From the sequence record NC_023566.1: DNA of 24,000 nucleotides, one strand, 5' to 3'. The notes below the pieces were generated by a model. That model ran no database searches. It saw nothing but the letters and a program-made list of their open reading frames with translations, and was not told where the DNA came from. This DNA is from Rhizobium phage vB_RglS_P106B. Positions within the stretch are counted from its first letter, which is position 1; each line of letters opens with the position of its first letter. Position numbers and translations under genes: made by a program. Below, piece by piece: positions 14,472-22,785 of this stretch.

Positions 14472-17400
14472 ATGAACATGTTCTTTGGCAATAAGGGCGG
14501 CAAAGGTGGCGGCGGAAGTAGTAGAACACCTAAAGAAGACCCTAACGATTTAACATCGAAATCAACCGCAAGAATTATTGATGTGCTTTCAGAAGGTCCA
14601 ATTGTTGGACCTGTTGACGGCTATAAATCGCTATTCCTGGACGATACTGTAATCCGCAATTCGGACGATACCTATAATTTCAAAGGTATCAAATACACGT
14701 TCAAGAGCGGAACACCGAACCAATCATATGTTCCAGGGTTTGCCGCTGCTGAAAACGAAGTTGCGGTTGGTGTCCAAATCAAGAAATCAATTCCGGTTGT
14801 CCGCGATATCACAGACGCAGACGCAAACGCTGTAATTGTGAAAATTCGTGTTCCTTCATTGGTGAAGACGAACAAAAAAAACGGTGACATGCATGGTTCA
14901 ACTGTTGAAGTAGCATTTGATATTAAAACTAGTTCCGGCTCATATGTGCAAGTTGGAACGATGATAATTGAAGGCAAGACGACAAGCCCATATGAGCGTG
15001 CAAAGCGTCTCACGCTTCCGGCTGGTGGCGCACCATGGTCTTTGCGCGTCCGACGCCTGACAGACGACAATGAAAGTCAATATCTGCAAAATGATACATA
15101 TCTAAGCAGCTTTACAATTGTTCACGATGCAAAGCTTTCTTATCCTGATACGGCTTATTTAGCCTGGACCATTGACGCACAAGCATTCGGTGAAAATACA
15201 CCGTCACGTGTCGCATTAGTCAAGGGTTTAATTACTGACGTTCCGGTTAATTATAATCCTGAAACGCGCGTTTACACTGGTCTTTGGAACGGAACTTTCA
15301 AGAAAGCTTGGCACAATAACCCGGCGTGGGTTCTTTGGGATATAATGACCAACAAACGTTACGGTTTGGGCGATCTTTTATCAGCGAGCAATGTTGATAA
15401 AATTGGTCTTTATACAATTGGTCAATATTGTGATCAATTAGTGCCAGACGGTAACGGCGGAATGGAGCCACGATTTGCCTTTAACGGAGTAATCAACACA
15501 AAGACGGACGCCGCAAAAGCATTGGACGCAATCGCGTCTTCATTCCGTGGAATGATTTATTGGGGCGCGGGCTCCGTCATGTTCACGCAAGATGCTCCTG
15601 GAACGCCGCGCAAGATCGTCACGCCCGCCAACGTTGTTGGTCAGTTCGAATATACCGGCTCCGCACTCAAAGCCCGTCACACGTCCGTCCTAGTGTCCTG
15701 GAACGACCCTAACGACTTGGGGCGCGCTGCTGTTGAAGTCGTTCAACGTGATGATCTTATTCAGACCTTCGGTTTCCGAGAAACGGAAATAGCCGCGTAT
15801 GGCGCAACGTCGCGTGGGCAAGCGCGGCGCGCTGGTGAATGGCTGTTAGACACGGAAGAATTTGAAACCGAAACTGTGACCTATACAGCGGCGCTAGATC
15901 ACGCGGATGTGCGTCCAGGTGATCTAATTAGCGTGCACGATCCGGATTATGTCGGCGGGCGCTACGGCGGGCGTCTCGTGTCTGCTACCCTTGACACGGT
16001 GACGCTTGATCAAGGTGTTACGCTTCAAGCTTCTGAAACATACAGTTTTGCAACCATTCTTCCGGATGGTTCCATGACTGATTGGATACCGATTATCAAC
16101 GCTCCTGGAACGAATGTAAGCGTTCTTTCGTTGGGCGTTGATTTGGACGCGGTTCCGATCAACGGCGCAATGTGGATCATTACCGCTAGCAATGTAGCGC
16201 CGCGAACTTTCCGCGTTATTTCCAATACGGAAAAAGCAGACAACCTTTATGAGATTACTGCGCTGTTTCACGATAAGAACAAATATGCGCGTATTGAACG
16301 CGGTGTTCAGCTTGAACCGCCGTCATATATTCTAGAACAGACTGGACCGCTGAAAATGCCGTCCGGATTGAATGCTACGGAATATTTCAAAGATAACGGA
16401 ACCGCGTCCGTTTCCGCCGTTACTCTTTCCTGGACGGCTCCGAACGATCCGCGCATTACCGGCTATGACGTTCAGGTTTGGGGCGTCAACGATGTTGCAT
16501 GGAGCGACATTATAAAGGTTAGTGGACCATCGCTTGACCAATACCCAACTGATGAAGGCGCATATAAGTTTCGCGTTCGCTCCACGGCTTTGTTTCTTAA
16601 ACCCACGAATTGGATTGAAGGTAATTTCTTTCTAAACGGTCCCAATCAGCAAATCAACGACGTTACCGGATTTAAAATTGCTAATACCGGTGCTAATACG
16701 CTTCTTTCCTGGACGGCGGTTACACCCGCTGCAATGCTTGACCATTATGAAATTCGTTTCAATCCGTCGGTGTTAGGAGCGAATTGGAATAATTCGTCAC
16801 CAATTGTTGATGGTATCGCTAAGACTAGCACGCAAGCAACAGTTAGTTCCCGCGTGGGAACGTATCTTATTAAAGCTGTTAGCGTTGGCGGTGTTTTGTC
16901 GATTAACCCGGCTCTTATCACTTCTGAAATTGGCGGGTATCTAGACGTTAACGTTGTCGAAACGCTTGATGAAGACCCTACTTTTCCCGGTCTTAAAGCT
17001 GACGTTGTTGCAGTGTCTTCAAGCTTGCGACTTCTTGCCGATGTCGACGGTAATTATCCAGCCGAAGGATATTATTATTTCAGCGACGATATTGATTTAG
17101 GAACCATTTCACAAGTCAACGTAAGCATTCATTGTGCGTTTGGTTCGGTTTCTTCGGCTTACGTCATGGAAGACTGGATACCGCTTTCGTCGGTTCTAAC
17201 CATGGCAGTTATCAGCAATGACGTTAATGTCATTACTGAATATAGCGCAACACAAGATAATCCGACAGCGGTTGTTACGCGTGCTAGTACCGGCACTTAT
17301 TTTGATGCAGATGGAGTAATGAAAACGGCGGCTATTGATGTTCCGCGTTATAATTACAATCCCGCAAGTTTAGGTGACATGCCGGTGTTGTTGGCAGAAC

Positions 17401-18356
17401 CGGCGCGCACCAATTTGTTAGTGCAAGCGCAAGTTTTCCAGAATGCGGCGTGGACTAAAGTCAATTCCGTTGTCACTTTGAATGTCATCAATGGGCTTGA
17501 TGGAACTCTAACCGCCGATAAAATGGATGAAACAGCGGTGAATGATATTCACTATCTGCATCAAACAGTTTCGGCGTCCGCTTCATTGCCTTACACCTTT
17601 AGCGTTTTTGCGGGAGCCGCCGAACGCGATTGCATTCTATTATCGTTGACAGGAGCGGCGTATATCGGTGACGCTTATTTTGATCTTTTGAACGGTGTAA
17701 TTTTAACGCAAAACGGCGCTATTATAGATGCTGAAATTCAAGACTGCGGTGATGGTTTTTACCGTTGTTCGATCACTGCCGACACTGTTCCAGGTGACAC
17801 AACTGTAACCGGGCTTGTAGCGATCACACAAGGAACGACTTTCACTTATCTTGGTGAAGTTGGAAAGGGCGTCTATTTATGGGGCGCGCAAATCGAGCAA
17901 GGTAGCGGGCCAACTTCTTATATGGCGTCTGGTGCTTCGCAGGTTAGCCGCGCTGCTGAAACCATTGTCAGCCAACCAACCTGGACCGATTGGACACCGT
18001 TCACTTATGGGCGCGTCCTTTTCCGCGCTATTAAATTTCGTGCTCGATTGCTGACGACCGATTTGCAAGTTTCACCAAACATCACAGAATTGAATGTTGT
18101 TGTTGACGTTGACGACCGCGTTGCAAACGGTAAAGACGTGTCTGCACTAGCGGCAGGATCGCGCATTCTATTTAACCCGGCGTTTATGGCGGCTCCGTCT
18201 GTGCATATCGATGGTCAAGGTCTATCGACCGGTGATTATCACCGTGTTACAAATGTTGACGAAACGGGTTTTGATATACGGTTTTTCAATAGTGCCGGAA
18301 CCGGCAAAGCGGTCACATTTGATTGGATCGCAAAAGGATATGGTTATCAGATATGA
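14472..18356 (+). CDS. central tail fibre / tail tip protein J-like, with fibronectin-III-like region and inserted carbohydrate-binding-like segment
   Basis: 1294 aa starting 'GGKGGGGSSRTPKEDPNDLTSKSTARIIDVLSEGPIVGPVDGYKSLFLDDT', the standard J N-terminus. Confidence 0.9.
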   Translation: MNMFFGNKGGKGGGGSSRTPKEDPNDLTSKSTARIIDVLSEGPIVGPVDGYKSLFLDDTVIRNSDDTYNFKGIKYTFKSGTPNQSYVPGFAAAENEVAVGVQIKKSIPVVRDITDADANAVIVKIRVPSLVKTNKKNGDMHGSTVEVAFDIKTSSGSYVQVGTMIIEGKTTSPYERAKRLTLPAGGAPWSLRVRRLTDDNESQYLQNDTYLSSFTIVHDAKLSYPDTAYLAWTIDAQAFGENTPSRVALVKGLITDVPVNYNPETRVYTGLWNGTFKKAWHNNPAWVLWDIMTNKRYGLGDLLSASNVDKIGLYTIGQYCDQLVPDGNGGMEPRFAFNGVINTKTDAAKALDAIASSFRGMIYWGAGSVMFTQDAPGTPRKIVTPANVVGQFEYTGSALKARHTSVLVSWNDPNDLGRAAVEVVQRDDLIQTFGFRETEIAAYGATSRGQARRAGEWLLDTEEFETETVTYTAALDHADVRPGDLISVHDPDYVGGRYGGRLVSATLDTVTLDQGVTLQASETYSFATILPDGSMTDWIPIINAPGTNVSVLSLGVDLDAVPINGAMWIITASNVAPRTFRVISNTEKADNLYEITALFHDKNKYARIERGVQLEPPSYILEQTGPLKMPSGLNATEYFKDNGTASVSAVTLSWTAPNDPRITGYDVQVWGVNDVAWSDIIKVSGPSLDQYPTDEGAYKFRVRSTALFLKPTNWIEGNFFLNGPNQQINDVTGFKIANTGANTLLSWTAVTPAAMLDHYEIRFNPSVLGANWNNSSPIVDGIAKTSTQATVSSRVGTYLIKAVSVGGVLSINPALITSEIGGYLDVNVVETLDEDPTFPGLKADVVAVSSSLRLLADVDGNYPAEGYYYFSDDIDLGTISQVNVSIHCAFGSVSSAYVMEDWIPLSSVLTMAVISNDVNVITEYSATQDNPTAVVTRASTGTYFDADGVMKTAAIDVPRYNYNPASLGDMPVLLAEPARTNLLVQAQVFQNAAWTKVNSVVTLNVINGLDGTLTADKMDETAVNDIHYLHQTVSASASLPYTFSVFAGAAERDCILLSLTGAAYIGDAYFDLLNGVILTQNGAIIDAEIQDCGDGFYRCSITADTVPGDTTVTGLVAITQGTTFTYLGEVGKGVYLWGAQIEQGSGPTSYMASGASQVSRAAETIVSQPTWTDWTPFTYGRVLFRAIKFRARLLTTDLQVSPNITELNVVVDVDDRVANGKDVSALAAGSRILFNPAFMAAPSVHIDGQGLSTGDYHRVTNVDETGFDIRFFNSAGTGKAVTFDWIAKGYGYQI

Positions 18357-19510
18357 CACAATTTGATTTTGGCACAATCAACCCAACTTTAAAAAACGGT
18401 ACGGATTTAGCGAGCGATCTAAATCAATTCCGAGACGCACTATTAACGTTGCATTCCGGAAGCGCCCGCCCGTCTTATGTGCAACCGGGTATGCAATGGA
18501 TTGACAATTCAACGCCGACAAAATGGAAACTAAATCTGTACGATGGTACAGATGATATTCTAATCGGTACATTTGACACAACTAACAACTTTTTTAAAGC
18601 GGCAAACACCCGACAAGAAGTCACTAAAACAGCAGCTTACACGCTTGTAAGTGATGATCAATTTGTTGCCATTTTGATGAATTCTGCAAGCGTTGTTGCA
18701 ACCGGACTTCCGGCGGTAGCGTCCAGCAATTCGGAATTCTATTTTGTTCGCAACATTGGAACTGCGATTACGAATATCGATCCGAACGGTTCGGAGCAAA
18801 TCGAAGGAACAACGCTTTTACCTTTGCCGCCCGGTGCGTCTGCCTGGATTTGGCCTAACGCTGCTAAAACAGCATGGCGCGCAACTGTTGTCTATCCGGA
18901 AACTTATTTCGCTAAATCATCGGACGATGTTGGCAAGGTTCACACGTGCGCGTTTACTGCGGTTCCGGCTGGCACAATGGAGTGCAACGGAGCGGCAGTT
19001 AGTAGAACCGTTTATTCCGGTCTGTACGCGAAATTAGGGACGACTTGGGGTGTTGGTGACGGTTCAACAACGTTCAATTTGCCGGATTTTCGCGGTGAAT
19101 TCTTGCGCGGTTGGGATAATTCGCGCGGTGTCGATAGTGGTCGCGTGTTTGGTTCTGCGCAAGGGCAGGACATGCAACCTCACAACCATACAGTTGATCC
19201 ACCATCAACAACAACGTCAGATAATACGCACAACCATACTGGTACGGCGGCAAATGCGGGCGCACATAATCACGGAATGAACCTTTTCACTTCGGGTACT
19301 GCGCAAGCTAGACCGATGCCTGCAAGTGGTCAAATTGGTAGCAACACTGAACTTAACACTGATACCGATGGTGAACACTCGCACGCTTTGACAATTAACA
19401 ATAATACGCATAATCACACTGTTAATATTGGTTCGTTTGCTTCCGGTACGTCCGGAACTACGGAAACTCGGCCGCGCAACAAAACTGTTATGTATGTAAT
19501 TGTCTACTAA
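18353..19510 (+). CDS. tail fibre protein with phage tail-collar domain
   Basis: Start trimmed to ATG 18353 (ATGA overlap with J). 'MECNGAAVSRTVYSGLYAKLGTTWGVGDGSTTFNLPDFRGEFLRGWD' collar signature, repeated HNH/HxH motifs, and C-term 'ETRPRNKTVMYVIVY'. Confidence 0.9.
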   Translation: MTQFDFGTINPTLKNGTDLASDLNQFRDALLTLHSGSARPSYVQPGMQWIDNSTPTKWKLNLYDGTDDILIGTFDTTNNFFKAANTRQEVTKTAAYTLVSDDQFVAILMNSASVVATGLPAVASSNSEFYFVRNIGTAITNIDPNGSEQIEGTTLLPLPPGASAWIWPNAAKTAWRATVVYPETYFAKSSDDVGKVHTCAFTAVPAGTMECNGAAVSRTVYSGLYAKLGTTWGVGDGSTTFNLPDFRGEFLRGWDNSRGVDSGRVFGSAQGQDMQPHNHTVDPPSTTTSDNTHNHTGTAANAGAHNHGMNLFTSGTAQARPMPASGQIGSNTELNTDTDGEHSHALTINNNTHNHTVNIGSFASGTSGTTETRPRNKTVMYVIVY

Positions 19511-19521
19511 GGAAAACCGCA

Positions 19522-20034
19522 ATGAAAATGGTTTATAATTATCATCCTGTAAGCTTGGAATATACCGGCTCAAGTGAAGCAAGAGAAAGCCCGCTAGAAC
19601 CGGGAGTTTATTTAATCCCGGCGCATTCGACGGAAATAGCTCCACCTGCGAAACAGGATGGAAACATGCGCGTGTTCAAAAACAACAAATGGGGTTACGT
19701 GCGCGTTGAAATTCCAGACGGTGAACCAACCGAAGAACCGCAGGAGCCGCCAACGCCAGCAAAGATAACCAAACGTCAGTTCTGGCAACAACTCGCCACA
19801 ATGGGTTTAATTACCAAAACCGAAGCGTTGGCTTTTATGACAACTGGCGTTCTGCCGTCCGCGTTTGACGCATTGGTTGAAACCCTGGACGAAAACGCGG
19901 AGTTTGAAGCGCGGATGCAGCTTGCGACGAACGATTATGAGCGCAACAACGATTTTGTTAATGCATTTGCTGAAATGAATGGAATGGATAGCGCACAAGT
20001 TGATATTATTTGGAAAGAGGGATCGAAATTATGA
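19522..20034 (+). CDS. hypothetical protein downstream of tail fibre (possible tail-fibre-associated/assembly protein)
   Basis: 170 aa, 'GVYLIPAHSTEIAPPAKQDGNMRVFKNNKWGYVR' resembles the N-termini of fibre-associated proteins; ggaaaa RBS. Confidence 0.6.
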   Translation: MKMVYNYHPVSLEYTGSSEARESPLEPGVYLIPAHSTEIAPPAKQDGNMRVFKNNKWGYVRVEIPDGEPTEEPQEPPTPAKITKRQFWQQLATMGLITKTEALAFMTTGVLPSAFDALVETLDENAEFEARMQLATNDYERNNDFVNAFAEMNGMDSAQVDIIWKEGSKL

Positions 20035-21014
20035 ATATGAAGGTTAGTGCCAAAGGGCGCAAAAAGATTAAAGTTGAAGAAGGCGAAAAGCTTATCGCCT
20101 ATCAAGACACGCGCGGAATTTGGACAATAGGCGTTGGCCATACGTCTGCGGCTGGTGAACCGACTGTGAAGAAGGGAATGCGTATTACCGCCACGCAATC
20201 CGATGAAATTCTAGCGCGTGACTTGCGCGACGTTGAAGACGTAATCAATTCAGCGGTCAAAGTGCCGTTGACGCAAAATCAGTTTGACGCGCTCACATCG
20301 CTCATTCTGAATATCGGCGGAACCGCATTCAAGAAATCAACACTCTTGAAAAAGCTGAACGCGAAGGATTACAGCGGTGCGGCTGATCAATTCTTGGTTT
20401 GGAAGAAAGCCGGAAAAGATACAAGCATTCTACTCGCCAGACGCAAACGGGAACGCACAATTTTCATGACGGCAGATGAAGCCGTTACTCCTGTTTCCAC
20501 GTCCAAAACGGATAAAATCACAATCGAAGTTGTTCAGCGTCGGTTGCTCGAATTGGGTTATACGGAAGTTGGAACGCCAGATGGTAAATTAGGCAAGTTG
20601 ACGCAAACGGCAATCATGGCGTTTCGCAATGAGCACGATTTACCGATTTCCGGTGATATCGATCAGCAGTTACTAGACACGTTGGAAGACGCAGAACCGC
20701 GTGATTTACCGCGCAACAATGTAACCGCGCTAACGGTTCGTCAGAATGTTCCGGAAGTGCGATCTAATTTCTTTGCAAAGGTGATCGCGGCGGTTGTCGC
20801 TATTCCGTCTGCGATCGGTGCTTTCTTCGATGGCGTGTTGTCCAATCTAGGCGTTGCGCGCGGCTATATCGACAACGTAAAAGACTATGCATCGGACGTT
20901 CCAGGTTGGGTTTGGTTGGGTGCTGCCGTTGCCGTTTCTGGTGGAATTTATCTAATCGCCAGACATGGCGAAAAGAAAGGCGTTGACGCCTATCAAGATG
21001 GTTCACGGCGATGA
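20031..21014 (+). CDS. endolysin: GH24 (T4 lysozyme-like) with peptidoglycan-binding domain and hydrophobic C-terminal segment
   Basis: ATG at 20031. 'EEGEKLIAYQDTRGIWTIGVGHTSA' catalytic region. 'VVQRRLLELGYTEVGTPDGKLGKLTQTAIMAFRNEHDLPISGDID' PG-binding repeat. Hydrophobic 'VPGWVWLGAAVAVSGGIYLIA'. Confidence 0.9.
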   Translation: MNMKVSAKGRKKIKVEEGEKLIAYQDTRGIWTIGVGHTSAAGEPTVKKGMRITATQSDEILARDLRDVEDVINSAVKVPLTQNQFDALTSLILNIGGTAFKKSTLLKKLNAKDYSGAADQFLVWKKAGKDTSILLARRKRERTIFMTADEAVTPVSTSKTDKITIEVVQRRLLELGYTEVGTPDGKLGKLTQTAIMAFRNEHDLPISGDIDQQLLDTLEDAEPRDLPRNNVTALTVRQNVPEVRSNFFAKVIAAVVAIPSAIGAFFDGVLSNLGVARGYIDNVKDYASDVPGWVWLGAAVAVSGGIYLIARHGEKKGVDAYQDGSRR

Positions 21015-21277
21015 TTGACAGATTGCTTGGATTGATACCCAATTGGATGCGTATGCTAGGCGCTGGCGTGCTTGGGGCGCTTGTCGCGTTCGGTCCAATC
21101 TATCTGTATGGAAAGAGCGCGGGAAAGACCGAAGCGGCAGCACAAGCGGCAAAGGCGGCTTTGAACCGCATCCAGGAAATGGAGAGACACGATGCGAAAT
21201 TTAGAACGTTACCGGCGCGTGATCGTTGTATTATCTTCATGCGTGATAGCGGGTTGCCAGTCAGCAACTGCGATTAA
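21011..21277 (+). CDS. putative i-spanin (Rz-like)
   Basis: 88 aa with an N-terminal TM helix, then an Ala/Lys/Glu-rich helical segment. The o-spanin candidate overlaps its 3' end. Confidence 0.65.
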   Translation: MIDRLLGLIPNWMRMLGAGVLGALVAFGPIYLYGKSAGKTEAAAQAAKAALNRIQEMERHDAKFRTLPARDRCIIFMRDSGLPVSNCD

Positions 21278-21410
21278 CGGGAGCGGCTATCAGTTTGTGC
21301 GCTTTAGCACTGGTAAAGCCGCCCTGGCAGCGTCACAAGATCCTTTGGCCGGTCCTGCTATCAATTCGAACAATCGACAATGTGAAAAAGATAAAGCATG
21401 TCGGAAATAA
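21192..21410 (+). CDS. putative o-spanin lipoprotein (Rz1-like)
   Basis: Signal and lipobox 'RRVIVVLSSCVIAGCQS'. The start is nested in the i-spanin gene in a different frame. Confidence 0.7.
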   Translation: MRNLERYRRVIVVLSSCVIAGCQSATAINGSGYQFVRFSTGKAALAASQDPLAGPAINSNNRQCEKDKACRK

Positions 21411-21413
21411 CAT

Positions 21414-21437
21414 AAAGCCCGGTTCGCCGGGCTTTTT
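21414..21437. terminator. bidirectional rho-independent terminator
   Basis: aaagcccgg-ttcg-ccgggcttttt: perfect 9-bp stem, 4-nt loop and T-run, between convergent genes. Confidence 0.9.
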
Positions 21438-21439
21438 AA

Positions 21440-21601
21440 TTAATCGAACGTCCAGGATATGCCAACGCTCGAAAGAGCAATTCTATCCGTTTCATCGATT
21501 TCAAGAGTTGCGTAAAGGGAACCGGCTGCAACAACGTGGACTTCTCCCAAAGCGCGGCAAGCCCTGATTAAATCGTCAATCATAATCCGAACATTTTTCA
21601 T
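21440..21601 (-). CDS. small hypothetical protein, 53 aa (not in the ORF track)
   Basis: MKNVRIMIDDLIRACRALGEVHVVAAGSLYATLEIDETDRIALSSVGISWTFD*. GGAG RBS-like sequence upstream of the ATG; ends beside the bidirectional terminator. Confidence 0.55.
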   Translation of the reverse strand: MKNVRIMIDDLIRACRALGEVHVVAAGSLYATLEIDETDRIALSSVGISWTFD

Positions 21602-21683
21602 TTCCGTAATCTCCGTTGTGACGCTAAATTTTTAATGCGTTTTCAATTGCACGTCAAGCGTTAACCTAATTATTTTTAATTAG

Positions 21684-21713
21684 TTTACAAAATGATAATT
21701 TATGCAATTATAA
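21684..21713 (+). promoter_or_regulatory. sigma70-like promoter candidate for 21748..22068
   Basis: TTTACA (21684-21689), 18-nt spacer, TTATAA (21708-21713) in a very AT-rich intergenic gap about 35 bp upstream of the ATG. Confidence 0.45.
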
Positions 21714-21747
21714 AACCGTTCAAGCAACACAAAACAGGAGAACCGCA

Positions 21748-22068
21748 ATGAACGCCAATATCGAAGAAATCTTGAAGAACCGCCGCAATGAACTGAATGG
21801 AGAAATCGAACAATTGGAACAAGAGCGAAATAAAATTGATACCGCTCTTTCAATTATCATCAACGGCAATAAGCCGGAAGAAGGTATGACGAAAGAAACG
21901 GCTATCATCGAAGCGGTCAAACATGGAAGTCGCAAGCCGAACACAATTCATCGATACATTCAGCAGCATATGCGAATGAATATGAATATTGGTTCGCTTA
22001 GGTCAACTCTTTCACGATTAAAGAGTGAAGGTAAAATTTCACACAATGAACACGGTTGGACCATGTGA
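21748..22068 (+). CDS. small coiled-coil plus winged-helix-like putative regulator, 106 aa
   Basis: 'NANIEEILKNRRNELNGEIEQLEQERNKIDTAL' helical start, then 'TKETAIIEAVKHGSRKPNTIHRYIQQHMRMNMNIGSLRSTLSRLKSEGKI', a wHTH-like pattern. Confidence 0.65.
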   Translation: MNANIEEILKNRRNELNGEIEQLEQERNKIDTALSIIINGNKPEEGMTKETAIIEAVKHGSRKPNTIHRYIQQHMRMNMNIGSLRSTLSRLKSEGKISHNEHGWTM

Positions 22069-22076
22069 AAATAAAT

Positions 22077-22101
22077 AACGGGCGGTATTATACCGCCCGT
22101 T
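22077..22101 (+). terminator. hairpin/terminator candidate
   Basis: 11-bp stem aacgggcggta/taccgcccgtt with a 3-nt loop just after the stop at 22068. T-tail is weak. Confidence 0.45.
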
Positions 22102-22204
22102 CAATTGCGTCTGAAATGTTTTTTAGCGTCCAGGGTTTGTCAGATACATAACGATGACCGCAGGACGAAACGACAAGAAACAAACAAATAATTGTAATCT
22201 TCAT
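22088..22204 (-). CDS. small putative lipoprotein, 38 aa (not in the ORF track)
   Basis: MKITIICLFLVVSSCGHRYVSDKPWTLKNISDAIERAV*. Lipobox-like VVSSC. ATGA overlap with the stop of 22201..22578. Confidence 0.55.
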   Translation of the reverse strand: MKITIICLFLVVSSCGHRYVSDKPWTLKNISDAIERAV

Positions 22205-22578
22205 CGCATTATCTCCACAAACGGTGTCCAAACTGCATCGGCGCAAGTTCCTTCATACACGCCAACCGGAGCCGCACCTTCAAACGGGATCGTAAAGCCC
22301 TGGACGCCCGTATAGCCGCCGAAACTGTTCTTTGCGTTCAGCATCACACAAACGCCCGGCTTTCGCCCGCCGATCAGCAGCCCGCTAAGCGTCAACGGCT
22401 GCGATATGACAGCATCGCGGACGCTGTAAGGGTCTTTCAGCGTGTTGCGTACCGCATAGGCTGCTACAAGGCGATAATTGCCGGGAATGGATACTTTTCC
22501 CGGTTTAGGCGGCGGAACGCTCTGGCAAGCCGTCACGGCAACAAGAGCGGCGGTTACGAGTAACTTACGCATCGTCAA
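22201..22578 (-). CDS. putative lipoprotein, 125 aa
   Basis: 'MRKLLVTAALVAVTACQS' signal peptide with a lipobox-like sequence. Confidence 0.72.
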   Translation of the reverse strand: MTMRKLLVTAALVAVTACQSVPPPKPGKVSIPGNYRLVAAYAVRNTLKDPYSVRDAVISQPLTLSGLLIGGRKPGVCVMLNAKNSFGGYTGVQGFTIPFEGAAPVGVYEGTCADAVWTPFVEIMR

Positions 22579-22772
22579 TGCTCCGTATGTTCTGGACCGT
22601 TCAAATGCTTTTCGAAATCCTTGCGGGCGCGCTCCGATAGATGCGGCGCGTTAGTGTCGATTTCCAGAAACAGCAATCTTGACACTTGTGCGAGTGCGGC
22701 GACAACCAAACCCATATCAGCACCTTTACAGGCGTCTTTGATCTTTTCGCGCAATTCGTCAGTATTTGCCAT
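22575..22772 (-). CDS. hypothetical protein, 65 aa
   Basis: aggag RBS upstream and ATGA overlap with the downstream lipoprotein gene. Confidence 0.6.
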   Translation of the reverse strand: MANTDELREKIKDACKGADMGLVVAALAQVSRLLFLEIDTNAPHLSERARKDFEKHLNGPEHTEH

Positions 22773-22785
22773 TTGTGCAAATCTC

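Noticed and set aside
15924-16271. Minus-strand ORFs inside the J-like gene (15924..16271, 16025..16243, 16332..16541)
   Set aside because: Antisense shadows of a clearly coding 1294-aa gene.
19190-19460. Repeated 'cacaaccat/aatacgcataatcac' units suggesting a tandem repeat or CRISPR-like array
   Set aside because: These encode the recurring (T)HNH(T) motifs of tail-collar fibres. Spacing is irregular and the frame is maintained.
19050-19645. ORFs opposite or alongside the tail-collar gene (19050..19280, 19074..19265, 19217..19645)
   Set aside because: Overlap a well-supported collar protein. His/Thr codon repeats produce long spurious frames.
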